DNA of 39,275 bases from Octopus bimaculoides. Lineage: Eukaryota. Where the stretch lies: the NCBI RefSeq assembly GCF_001194135.2, contig NC_068983.1, forward strand, positions 49,139,371-49,178,645, in the 5' to 3' direction. Position numbers and translations under genes: made by a program. Positions 1-11,288 of the stretch are shown piece after piece. The notes beneath the pieces were generated by a model. That model had not been told where the DNA came from. It was given only the letters and a program-made list of their open reading frames with translations, and searched no databases. The number at the start of each line of letters is the position of its first letter. The first letter of the stretch is position 1.

Positions 1-36
<36 letters not shown>

Positions 37-64
37 TATATGTATGCATGTATGTATGTATGCA
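1..64. repeat. (TA)n/(TATG)n microsatellite
   Basis: Directly visible tandem repeat. Confidence 0.95.
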
Positions 65-289
65 TCGTTTAATGAATAAAAGAAACAATTGAAAGGTGCA
101 TTTATATCAAATTTTGAAGCAACTCATTCTGACCGGAGACAGCAGAGTTAGATATAACCTAGACTAAGATGACTGCTCATGGCAGATATCTCAAAGTTTA
201 AGTAGTAGCAATTTCCCAGTGACACTCGAACGTGATCTGCTTTTAGCTTCGCAGTTGTTGCCATTTCCATTCGTCTTTATGTAAGAATA

Positions 290-480
290 TTGCCAACATC
301 ATCACCCTCACCGTCGTCTTCAGGTGTCGCCTGCATTGTACGCATCGTCGTCGTCATCATCGACAGCCTCATTGTCAGCATGATCGTCGTCGTCGTCGTC
401 GTCATCATCATTATCATCATTTTCGATGTTATCCTAGTCATAGCTTTTATCGCTGTCGTCTTATGTATTTTGTACATTAT
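290..480. repeat. Degenerate (ATC/GTC)n trinucleotide low-complexity tract
   Basis: Runs of catcat/cgtcgtc; explains the V/I-rich and M/T-rich track ORFs 290..490 and 277..477. Confidence 0.8.
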
Positions 481-954
481 TTCAGTTTAACGTAACTGTT
501 TATTGCTTAGACTCAGAAGAGCCCTGATTGAAAATTTATACGATCTGAATGTAGTCAACTGAAGAACGTCCCATGATCATTTTAGTCCTTTTTCAGAGAG
601 CATATCATACAATGTGTTGTCTTTTACAGATTCGGAAATGTGCATACTATTTCTAGCCATGCGATCGTTCGCGCATGGTGCTACCAAAATGTCTACCTAA
701 GATAATTTATTCAATACAGTTTATTACTCGCTTTTGAGATCCAGAAACACTCTTAAACATATCTCATCACTTCGTTGAGTTTCTTTTTCTCATGCTTTAT
801 CTATGGATTAACATTTTCTCATCTAACATACTCATCATTTGCGTTTAGTATTATACTATCTATTTTAATATCAGCAGAATCACATTAATCGCATATGTCA
901 GTTGAAGTAATGTTACTGTTGCATGTACACATATTTCATATTGAAGGACAGACT

Positions 955-1007
955 GAGGGGTTAAGTCGATTACATCGAACCCCATATACACTGGGGATCG
1001 ATAAAAT
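955..1007 (-). mobile_element. SINE family A, short 3' fragment
   Basis: ggggttaagtcgattacatcga...ctggggatcgataaaatt matches the 3' body of other family-A copies in this window. Confidence 0.55.
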
Positions 1008-1767
1008 TGTAAAAACAATGACAATATTAATATAAAATACTTATAAATAACTAGATATGATGTTACAAGATAATAACTTGATGTGAGTAAGCTAGTTGCT
1101 GTAAAACATTATCTTTTAAGGAATATACGAGAGGTACAGAAAAGTTCCTGCTTGAAGGGTGTCGCGAAAACATAGCTGGCGGCACAAATATTTGAGTTCT
1201 TTTACAGGGCTTAAAAAAATTGAAGGACTGCTGCAATAAGTGTGTGAATCTGAGGCGGTATATGTTGGATAAAGACATAATGCACTGATCCTTCTGTATT
1301 TTCTTTCACCCAAAGCCAGGAACTTTTCAGCACCCACCCGTAAGAGGAAATACGAATATTCATCGCTTTACCGACAGTGTTTAGATATAAATAAAGAATA
1401 ATATTTTAATTCTCCGTTATTTCTGCAGATATTTACCTGAAAATGAAAATATTCAGTTTATGCATAGCCACTCGTTCTAAACGTTATCAGTCTTCTGTTT
1501 CATATTAAAATAGTATTTTATAAAGTACAATGTTCAACGTATTTGTGCAACTAATAGACTTAGAATTCTTCTTCCTTACTCAAGTAAAAAAATGATAATT
1601 TTTAATTCTTCCACTCAATTTCAATTTTCAAGCAAGTGACAGTTGAACCTTCATTTGTGCAGTCAACTGATTCTGGACGTCTTTTTGCAAATGAAAAGCA
1701 ATTAATTCTTCATTAATTGTCTGTAATTTTTAAGCATTAATATATAACAAAATAAAAAGACATTGAG

Positions 1768-1872
1768 ATGTCAGAATCGGTAGAGCGTCGTGCAGAATGT
1801 TTGACAGTATTTAGTTTTAAACTCTTTAACTTTTGAATTCAAATCCGGACTGGGTGAAATTTGTTTGTATTC
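1768..1872 (+). mobile_element. SINE family A, highly decayed 5' half
   Basis: gtcagaatcggtagagc (A-box-like) and gaattcaaatccg (B-box-like) at family-A spacing. Confidence 0.5.
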
Positions 1873-1896
1873 TGAAGAAAACTAGCACTGTGTCTG

Positions 1897-2195
1897 TTAC
1901 GACGATGTGTGCCCCAGTCGATTCGATCAACAGGACTGTTGGCTGATGAAATTAACATGCAAGTAGCTGAGTACCTCACAAACACCCATACCATTGATTA
2001 GTGTTCAAGGAGATCCAGTGACCTTTGGAATTACAGGTACAACTCATTTTTGCCAGTTGACTGAACTGGAATAAGGTGGAATAAAGTGCGACATGAAATA
2101 AGGTGTCTTGCGCAAGGTCACACTTGCCGCCAGGAATCGAACAAACGATCTTACAATCGTGGCCCGAATAATCCTCAGCATTGAACTACGCGTCA
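1897..2195 (-). mobile_element. Mosaic tRNA-derived SINE (tRNA head, CORE-like body, family-B 3' tail); possibly octopus OR1-type
   Basis: Its 3' part matches family B (gatcaac...gaaattaacatgcaagtagctgag). Its 5' part matches the element at 14720 (ccttgcgcaagacacctt...tgagtt). The OR1 name is from memory of described octopus SINEs and is unverified. Confidence 0.65.
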
Positions 2196-2464
2196 TCGCT
2201 TCATTCTTCAGGTGCGATAAAATAAGTACTAATTGTTTTGTTATAATTCAGTTAATTTTTTCTTAGAATATGAGTATTAATTTTCGTTTTCATTTGTTTA
2301 CATGTATTTAAGCTGTAGCGTTAGTAGGAGACGGCCATGGGCACTCCACCTCGGGCGAAATTTTTTACTGTGTGTTATCTATAAGCTAGTACATTAGTGG
2401 TGGGTAGTAAACTCAATGGCTTCCCGTGTGGTACACGCTCTAGATATCCCATTGTAGTCTCTGT

Positions 2465-3165
2465 TGAATTTCAATTTCCTCCTGTATCCTCCATTATATT
2501 CTGTAGCAAGTTAGCACCACTGATCTCTTGGATATAACTTTCTCTGCATCCAGCCACGTTATTGGAATCTCTCATAACAGTTATGCATGTTCTGTGCCGT
2601 GTAGTTTTCGGCCTTCTTATTTTCTTTTTCTTTCCAATGATGTCTGCTGTTCTGGCAGCCGGAGAATGTAGCCTGCTAGATTTAATCTTCGTTCTCTGAT
2701 GATTTCATTAAGTGTTATTCTGTTGTCTTTCTTTAAAAAAATATCTTTATTGATTATTTTGTCTTGCCAGTATGTTTTGGAGGAACACATCAAGCTTTCG
2801 GTTGATTTCTGCGGTACTCTTCCATGTGTCACTGATATAGATTAATGTTGGTAGAGCTATGCTGTTATAGACCCGGAGTTTAATGCATTTGCCGACAGTG
2901 TGTGACGACAGCGAGCTAGTAGAAACGTTAGCACGCCGGTCGAAATGCTGAGCGGTATTTCGTCTGTCTTTACGTTCTGAATTTAAATTCCACCGAGGTC
3001 GACTTTGCCTTTCATTCTTTCGGGGTCGATAAATTAAGTACCCATTGTGTACTGTGGTCGATCTAATCGACTGGCCCTCTTCCCCAAAATTTTCTGCCCT
3101 TGTGCCTAAAGTAGAAAAGAATGTGTGACGACCAAATAGCGCACATTTTCTGGAAATCAATATTT
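2465..3165 (-). mobile_element. RTE-clade LINE, decayed 3' fragment (post-RT C-terminal region), interrupted by a SINE
   Basis: After excising the SINE the minus strand reads FQKMCAIWSSHTVGKCIKLRVYNSIALPTLIYISDTWK; after a frameshift it reads YWQDKIINKDIF...IIRERRLNLAGYILRLPE. This matches the RTE C-terminal pattern (KLRxYxxxVLPTLLYGxETW ... WxDxVxNxxV ... RRLxWxGHVLRM). Confidence 0.85.
2910..3121 (+). mobile_element. SINE family A, near full-length, with 11-bp target-site duplication
   Basis: A-box-like tagtagaaacgttag, B-box-like gaatttaaattcc, body gcctttcattctttcggggtcgataaattaagtacc. TGTGTGACGAC flanks it at 2899-2909 and 3122-3132. Confidence 0.92.
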
Positions 3166-3238
3166 CTCATGGAAACGTACTACTGGTGTGAGAGACGGTT
3201 GCATTCTGTTACCCCTCTTGTTCTTACAAGCAGTAGAC

Positions 3239-3542
3239 NNNNNNNNNNNNNNNNNNNNNNNNNNNNNNNNNNNNNNNNNNNNNNNNNNNNNNNNNNNNNN
3301 NNNNNNNNNNNNNNNNNNNNNNNNNNNNNNNNNNNNNNNNNNNNNNNNNNNNNNNNNNNNNNNNNNNNNNNNNNNNNNNNNNNNNNNNNNNNNNNNNNNN
3401 NNNNNNNNNNNNNNNNNNNNNNNNNNNNNNNNNNNNNNNNNNNNNNNNNNNNNNNNNNNNNNNNNNNNNNNNNNNNNNNNNNNNNNNNNNNNNNNNNNNN
3501 NNNNNNNNNNNNNNNNNNNNNNNNNNNNNNNNNNNNNNNNNN

Positions 3543-3586
<44 letters not shown>

Positions 3587-3588
3587 GT
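3239..3588. other. Assembly gap (N, 3239-3542) followed by (GT)n
   Basis: Directly visible. Confidence 0.98.
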
Positions 3589-3624
3589 AATGGGCAGGTA
3601 ATGGCGTTAATATTAGATACATTT

Positions 3625-3840
3625 AAGGCGGTGAGCTCGCAGAATCGTTAGCACGCCGGGCAAAATGCTTAAAGGAATCTCGTCCGTCTTTACGTTCTGA
3701 GTTCACATTCCTCCCAGGCTGACTTTGCCTTTCATACCTTCGAAGGTTCTGAACTTAAGTACTAAGGGAGTACTTGAGGTCGTTGCAATCGACTTACCTC
3801 TCCCCCGAAATTGCTGGTCATATGCCATCATTTGAAACCA
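3625..3840 (+). mobile_element. SINE family A, full-length, diverged
   Basis: aaggcggtgagctcgcagaatcgttagcacgccggg head through tttgaaacca tail. Confidence 0.9.
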
Positions 3841-4003
3841 GTATTATAAACATTGAAATTTCATGCGGAAATCAGTGGACCCGATGATGGTTAAGTATTT
3901 CACTTAACACCCAGTTGACGTTAGACTCAGCAATATCAAAAGTGAAAGTGGATTGTTTGTGTAATTTCCTTTCAACTTTGTCTTTCACTATACCTTTTGA
4001 ATT

Positions 4004-4016
4004 CGACCTTTGACCT
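4004..4016 (-). promoter_or_regulatory. Candidate DR1 nuclear-receptor element (AGGTCA-A-AGGTCG)
   Basis: 12/13 match to AGGTCAAAGGTCA, in non-repetitive sequence. Confidence 0.35.
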
Positions 4017-5029
4017 CCACCTTAAGTCATGTTTGTAAATATGTATGAAGTATATCACTTTTATATTTATGGATGCAGGAGGTGTGTACCTGTGTTTAGG
4101 AAATACATTTTGGAACCAAATAGTCTTCCGCCATATGGCACTGTACGGCACTTGCAATGTCTCTATATCATTAAATCGACGAAGGAAACCTGATTATTTC
4201 TCTGGGAAACACTGTGTTTGGGCGACCACAAATGCAGCTCCTCGCTACCTTTCATTCGGGTATTTTGCATCAGACACCATACTGTCGACTACATATAAAC
4301 ACGTTCGCCTCACCCGTCTGGATACATTAACAAAAACAGGATCAACTAGTCAGGAAAAATGTATCGTTAAGCGAACCGCATTCCTCATTCCATTACACAA
4401 GCACCATAAAGCCTCTAAGAATATGAGGTGCCCAGACGAAATCATGTTCCATCCACATTTACCCGGTTTATTTCTATACCAATGCCATTTGTATTTTACA
4501 ATTCGAAGCTAAATGCAATTACTTCAGACAACCCCGAATTAATGAAGTATTATTTAAGATTTTTTTGTTAACATTGATAATTTTTTTTTAATATTCATTG
4601 AATGGGCGGGCTTCTTGACTTCGTTGTTGTTATGGTACTTATGAGGTTGACTGATTTGGCAAGAACATGGGCGACGAGTAGAATGTACGAATAGCAAAAT
4701 AGTGAACTTCATTAACTTTGAGGTCAAAAGAATCACCTTATTTACAACTCTGTTTTTGTCACAGCACTTCGAGTGCAAGAGAATACAAAAGAAAACTGAA
4801 GTAATACGATAAACAATAATAACAAAAATTATTGAATATAGGCCAACGATTTGAGAAGCAGACACATTGCGAGACACGAAGGGGAGGGTTACACTGAGTG
4901 AGTTGCTGGGAAAGAAGGAGAGAGTAAGAAAGAAAGAGAAAGAGAGAGATAGTGTAAGAAAAATGAAGGCAAAGATTTAGCAGGACCAAGAACTATAAAA
5001 AAATAAAAAGCGAATTGGTGATATGCATG

Positions 5030-5580
5030 CCTACATATATATGCATCATACATAAACACACACAAAAATATATACACACATGTGTATATAATATATATAT
5101 ATATACAGAGAGAGAGATGATGCGGTATTAAAAAGAAATGAGGTGAAAGCTAATGAAGTAGAGAGAAAGAAATCTAAACGAGAGAAAGGGTGACTGCGGC
5201 CTGAAAGCACATAAAAATATTAAAAATTTAACGATAATGAAACGGTAACAAACAGAGAATAATATATGAAGGGTGTGAATGTGTATCGGAATGTCTACGA
5301 AACTCCTGCCCACCCGTGTATGTATGCGTATATACATACATACATACATATATATACACACACATATATATATATGCATATATATATATATATATANNNN
5401 NNNNNNAATGTCTACGAAACTCCTGCCCACCCGTGTATGTATGCGTATATACATACATACATACATATATATACACACACATATATATATATGCATACAT
5501 AAATATGTATATATAAATACATATACTGGTACGTACAAACTGAAGGTACACAAAATATACATGTATATATATATATATAA
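5030..5580. repeat. Compound (TA)/(CA)/(TACA)/(GA) microsatellites, with a block duplicated across a 10-N gap
   Basis: Simple repeats; the block starting aatgtctacgaaactcctgcccacccgtg occurs on both sides of the N run at 5397-5406. Confidence 0.9.
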
Positions 5581-6372
5581 ACCCATGCCATGCACACACA
5601 CATTTTTTTTATGAACGTGAAGGCGGGAAGGTTGCGAAGTGAGACGAGACATTCACTAACACCAGCAGAGAAAGAACAATAGAAATAGAAAAGTGTCCAA
5701 GTTAAAACTAAATAAGAGGTAAAGTACGCCATATTCGACACACTAACATACGCACTGACAAATGATAATCTTATGCTTTTCTATGACTGAATAGGTGTTT
5801 CTAGGTATAAGTATGCTTATGTGTACGAGTGCGCTTAACAAATGCCATGAGGGCGAAAGTGTGAAAACAATAAATTACAGTTATCTTTGATGAAAGATTT
5901 CTTTTGTGTTAGTTTATATAAACTTTTTTGTGTTTATTTTTAATTCTGAAAAAAAAACTACTTTTATTTCTTTCTTTTTACACGTGCTTTTCTGGAGTTT
6001 TTTTCCCCTCTTGATACTTCTTTGAAGCTATTGTTTTAGTTTTATTTCTTTTTCAATGAATTGTTTTGTTATATTTTCAACACCATTCTATTATTTTTTC
6101 ACCTTTTTTATTTGCTTCCTTTGCGTTTGATTTACTGTATCATTTATATATATATATATATATNNNNNNNNNNNNNNNNNNNNNNNNNNNNNNNNNNNNN
6201 NNNNNNNNNNNNNNNNNNNNNAATTACATGTATTTCTTCTATCTTAATGAAAAAAAATTCTTGGGATAGAATAAATGGGCTAATAGAAACCAATGTAGCA
6301 AAGAACACAAAATAACTGTGGTGTAGTTCCTGTTTTTAAGGCAGGAACTCCTTGAAATTTTGGGTATTTGAG

Positions 6373-6433
6373 TATATTTAAAAATTTAAGGAATGGAGAA
6401 AACGCTTCTCCATTCCTTAAATTTTTAAATATA
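6373..6433. repeat. Perfect inverted repeat: 28-bp arms, 5-nt loop
   Basis: 6373-6400 tatatttaaaaatttaaggaatggagaa is the exact reverse complement of 6406-6433; loop aacgc. Confidence 0.95.
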
Positions 6434-7299
6434 TATATATATATATATATATATTATTATTAGTTAGCCTTGTGTGTTATAATTGTTATGCCTTTTTTAT
6501 AGCCGCCTTTTAACCGAAATCATTAGGGAATTCACTCAATGTGAGGCAAGCAAATATTAAAATTGTATCTCTGTAGATATACACGTTTCGCAATACCTTC
6601 TTGCCAGTGCGTGGGTCTATTTGTACTTGCTTCTAGACAGAACTATGTACAATTTTTGAAGAATTGTATTTGTCGTTGTTGCGTTGTGCTGGCTTGACCC
6701 CAAGAGCTAGCTTCCATCAAAGCGGAAGCTTCTAGTAGGAGTCCTACTACAGTAGTGTAACCAGGTTAGGGGTAGCGAGCACTTACAAAAATGGCACTAT
6801 GACACATACCAAATAATTTAAAACTCATTTCTCACGTATAACGCTAAATATTTCATTAGTTGTATTGCATTCATTAACTTCCTGTTTCTGTAAAAATGTC
6901 ATTATGTTTGACACTTACAACTACTGATATAGATATGATGTAAAAAAGATGAAACTCCACGGAATCTCGTCCAGTATCGAGAGGTTTTGACGTCAGGGTT
7001 TCTTTTGGTTTCTCTGAAATCAGCGGCCACCAACACATCACAGGACATTGAGCAGACAGTTCAGAACAATAAAAAAAATGGAGGTTGGGCAAATAAAATA
7101 ATGACCTCCAGAACGTTCTTCCAAGGTAATACGATTAACAAAAATAAAATAAAAAAATAGAGAGTGGTTCGGCCTTTATCGCACAAGTGAACTAAAGTTA
7201 AAAAGGTGCCAATTTTGAAAAATACGCCTGTGAGAAACGGTCACTTCCCTTGCTCCTCTATTAACTACACCACTGAATAGGACATCCCGCTATGCAGAA

Positions 7300-7312
7300 A
7301 GGTCAAAGGACA
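7300..7312 (+). promoter_or_regulatory. Candidate DR1 nuclear-receptor element (AGGTCA-A-AGGACA)
   Basis: 12/13 match to AGGTCAAAGGTCA, in non-repetitive sequence. Confidence 0.35.
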
Positions 7313-8064
7313 AAGGCGAGACTCCCATTGATCACCTTTTCCCCGAGATAATCATGAATCTGAGTAGGGCCAACAACCCCTCCTAGAAAATTGCAAAGTT
7401 TCACAATCATCGGTGGCAATTCAAAATCAATTCCAACTGGGAGAAGAAAATGCAGCCGGAAATAAAAACGAGAGCATAATTTCTATAGGGAGCGAAGAGT
7501 CAAATGAAGGAATGAAAGAAATATTTAACAGAACGCTTTCCGGTTGCTAACTTATATTTCTTAGCAGGATGTTCAGACGCATAATCTAATTATTTTCCTA
7601 ATACAGTAAGATGAGATTTTAGCGAAGTTTAACTGCTTTCTCTAACAGATAATATGACCATATGATGTTAACTATAGGCATTTCATTAAGCAGATGTCAT
7701 TGCTTACGTGTGCTTGCCATTGCGGTTGAAACTAGCCTTTGTAAATCCAGAGACATGAGTTAGAAGTTCCCTTTCGAGAGATGTCTAAAGAAGTACTTCT
7801 CATAATTACTTTCCTAAAACATCAGTGTGGTTCTCATATACAAATAGTTCTCTAAGCGAAAAATTCAATAACGAACGACTTTCTGACGAAAATCAAACCC
7901 GCATAATAAGCTGGATTTTGATCAAAGAACGACGAGCAAACTACGGACGCAGTTGAATAGAAATCTATTCACTTAGCGATTTGAAATGAGTAGATTTCTC
8001 ACACGTGCAAGTTGCTGGGAAAGCACATATAAAGATGACTTTAAATATAAACACGCTCATAGGA

Positions 8065-8067
<3 letters not shown>

Positions 8068-8149
<82 letters not shown>
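8068..8149. repeat. (CA)n microsatellite, about 41 units
   Basis: Directly visible. Confidence 0.98.
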
Positions 8150-8152
<3 letters not shown>

Positions 8153-8624
8153 TCACGGGCACCCCTCCAACACACAAACAGGTTGGAACACGCACGCCGA
8201 AACCCAAATTTTCTAATCGGTGTCCTCAAATTTATGATATAACAAGTGACAAAATTATTTTTATTCAGGATTTTCTGATACAACAGTTTATAAAATTATT
8301 GTTTTCTAATTTAAAATAATTTCGAATTGCTTTTCATGCCAAGTGTGTCAATATATGTTTGTATTTGATTTTCAGTGTTTCAATACTTTTTTCTTTAATT
8401 TATTCTACGAAGCGTCACCAATTCAAAGACATTACGAATTACTGTTCCAGAGAATGCAGTTCACAACAAGCAAATTAGAAATATTTACTTCCTATCAACC
8501 CCGAGGGACAGCGATATTTTCGTTGATTTCTTCTCTCTCAGACATAGAAACTTTAGATCAATCGTGGCATTGAATTTCATGAAAGTGTCTGCCAACCTAG
8601 AGTATATTGAATACAAATTTTTCC

Positions 8625-9280
8625 ACAAGGGCAGCAATTTTGGCGAGGGGGTTAAGTCGATTACATCGTGTCCAGTGCTCAACCAGAACTTTACTTATTG
8701 ACCCCTGAAAGGATGAAAGGTAAAACCGACCTTGGCGGAATTTCAACTCAGAACGTAAAGACGGACGAAATGTCTCAAAGCATTTCTCACGGCATGCTAG
8801 CGTTTCTTATTTCTTTATTGCCCACAAGGGGCTAAACATAGAGGGCACAAACAAGGACAGACAAACAGATTAAGTCGATTATATCAACCCAAGTGCGCAA
8901 CTGGTACTTAATTCATCGATCCCGAAAGGATGAAAGGCAAAGTCGACCTCGGTGGAATTTGAAATCAGAACGTAACGGCAGACGAAATACTGCTAAGCAT
9001 TTCGCCCGGCGTGCTAACGTTTCTTATTTCTTTATTGCCCACAAGGGGCTACACATAGAGGGGACAAACAAGGACAGACAAAAGGATTAAGTCGATTACA
9101 TCAACCCCAGTGCGTAACTGGTACTTAATTTGTCGACCCCGAAAGGATGAAAGGCAAAGTCGACCTCGGCGGAATTAGAACTCAGAACGTAGCGGCAGAC
9201 CAAGTACCGCAAAGCATTTCACCCGTTGTGCTAACGTTTCTGCCAGCTCACCGTCTTAATGATTCTGCCAACCCAGTGCC
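8625..9280 (-). mobile_element. SINE family A head-to-tail trimer plus an orphan head remnant
   Basis: Units at about 8625-8806, 8807-9023 and 9024-9257, joined by gctaacgtttc|ttatttctttattgccc (similar junction at 8806). An extra head remnant aatgattctgccaacccagtgcc lies at 9258-9280. Confidence 0.92.
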
Positions 9281-9329
9281 TTCAACTTTGTGTATATTAA
9301 ATTCTATTAACGTGGGTCTTTGACTTGAA

Positions 9330-9730
9330 CAGAAAAGGTGGATCGTTAGAGTAGGTTCGGGAGGGGGTCAAATGAGGCTGCAGAGAATTAGAGATGGGGG
9401 TTAAGATGGAAGCAGAGAATGGGGATCACATTGGAGGTGTTGTCAATCGTGACAATCTGTTTTGGTGGAAGTGATAGAAACAGGAGCGGGTGAGCTGATA
9501 AGGGACCATAGCAAAGATATAATGTGAGGTATATGAGTATATGTGAAGTATAGGGGCATAGTTACAGGGGTACAACACCTAGGTGAGTAATACCGTAAAT
9601 AGATATCTGATAGAGCAATGGGATTTAAAACATGAGTTGTAGGGAAACAGATTGTGATTCTTTGGCACGACTAACAGGACATTGGAAGTGTTTCGGCGAA
9701 AGCACTGCAAGGAAATACGCATTGGCATTC
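9330..9730 (-). mobile_element. Probable decayed Penelope-like retroelement (RT-to-GIY-YIG linker region)
   Basis: Strong purine/pyrimidine strand skew. Minus-strand fragments CFRR...HNLFPYNSCFKSHCSIRYLF and YPCNYAP resemble Penelope linker motifs as I recall them (FRR...HIFP...SSFKR..NLRDLL; YPC..PRC). Heavily frameshifted. Confidence 0.45.
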
Positions 9731-10000
9731 AGAAATAAACACATACAGCTAAAGAAATTGAGAAAGTGAGAGAAGCATTATGAGTTACTACCTGGTCCTG
9801 TGCCATGAAAAATGATGGCTAATTGTATTATGTAAAAGGGTGCAAACGGTGAAACAAAGTCAAACAGTGCTTCAACTCTGTGTGTGAGTGCGCGCATGCG
9901 ATTGTGCATATGTTTACAGTTGTATGTCTGAGTAGCACAGTCAGTAGCGAACGCATTTTCTATACTTTGACACAGTCCGCTTCCTTCCTTTTTAAGTGTG

Positions 10001-10004
<4 letters not shown>

Positions 10005-10093
<89 letters not shown>

Positions 10094-10320
10094 GTGTATA
10101 AACGCTAACCTCATTATTATTTTAGATAAATTGGACACTATTAACATAAGCACTTTCTCCTTATCTGACAGACAGAGAGTGAGAAATATTTACAAGCACA
10201 CACTTACATACGCACAGAAAGAGAGAGAGAGAGTGATATACAGAAACGGTGACGGGGTGAGAAAGACGGGGAGAGGAAGACAGGGTGAGAGAGAGAGAAA
10301 GAGAGAAAGAGAGTGAGAGG
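10005..10320. repeat. (TA)n(TG)n microsatellite and downstream (GA)-rich tract
   Basis: Directly visible. Confidence 0.9.
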
Positions 10321-10699
10321 GTAAAAGGTAGAAACATTAAAACGTCAAGGTAACGTCAAATCAGCGACGCCAAACAGGATGTACCGAAACAGTTGTACCA
10401 AAGTGTGTCATGCCCATAGGGTAAGGCTTGGCATATCTTCATTCTTACTGAATTATAAAAGCAGGCCGTGATTGATCTCCACTAATTAAACTTGTATAAT
10501 AGGAGACAGCTAAGCAGAATTATAAAATGACCGATAATGTATGGCACCATGAGAATGTTGACTCCCTATGGTTTATGTCCAGGAAAGATGGATGCAATGT
10601 ACTTTACCCAACCTTGACACACAGAAAAAAATCTCTGAACTAGAGATGTTAAAAATTGTAATAATATATCCCGCAAACTCTCAGCTTCGCCATTTTCAG

Positions 10700-11288
10700 A
10701 GAAAAGTACGTGACTGAGTGGTAAGAAGCTTGTTTCCCAATCACATGGTTCCCGTTTCAGTCCCACTGCGTGACACCTTGGGTATGTGTCTACCACAATA
10801 GCCTCAGTTCTCGACCAAAGCCTTGTGAGTAGATTTGGTAGATGGAAACTGCAAGAAGCCCGTCATATATATATAGTGAGAATTTACAAAAAAAAAAAAA
10901 AGACAAAGATGGGTGTATAAACAACAAACAGATGTATTAGTTTAACGCTTGGGACGTGAGAGACTTTTACGTTTCGAGCCTAGGCTCTTCGACGACAGAA
11001 AAGAACAGAGAAATAAACAGGGAGTGGGTGTGTATGTGTGCGTGTATGTGTATTTGCGTGTGTCTGTGTGTGTGTGTTTCCGCGCCGCCACCACCACTTG
11101 ACAACCGGTGTTGGTGTGTTTATTTCCCTGTAACTTATTGGTTCGGAGAAAAAGCGACCGATAGTATAATTACCAGGCTTAAATTAAGGAAATTAGTACT
11201 ATGGTCCATTCACTCAACTAAATATCCTTCAAAGTGATACTCCAGCCTGGCCGCAGTCTAATTACTGAACCAAGTACAAGATAAAAGA
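10700..11288 (+). mobile_element. SINE family C carrying a foreign insert (about 10878-11025) in its internal microsatellite
   Basis: Head gtggtaagaagcttgtttcccaatcacatggttcccgtttcagtccc, body ccttgggtatgtgtc...ccaaagccttgtgag, tail ctccagcctggccgcagtc...ccaagtacaagataaaaga; collinear with copies at 12841 and 27472. Confidence 0.88.
10878..11025 (-). mobile_element. Penelope pseudo-LTR-like fragment with a degenerate hammerhead-like motif
   Basis: Minus strand reads CTGTCGTCGA-A-GAGC-CTAG-GCTC-GAAAC-GTAAAA-GTC (10998 to 10962). It is absent from the other family-C copies. Confidence 0.45.

Noticed and set aside
7880-7930. CTGACGA followed by a short stem (possible hammerhead); similar CTGATGA at about 16834
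   Set aside because: No GAAA directly after stem II and no stems I/III.
8625-9257. Regularly spaced repeats resembling a CRISPR array
   Set aside because: The repeat unit is the whole ~217-nt SINE with no unique spacers; eukaryotic context and no cas genes.
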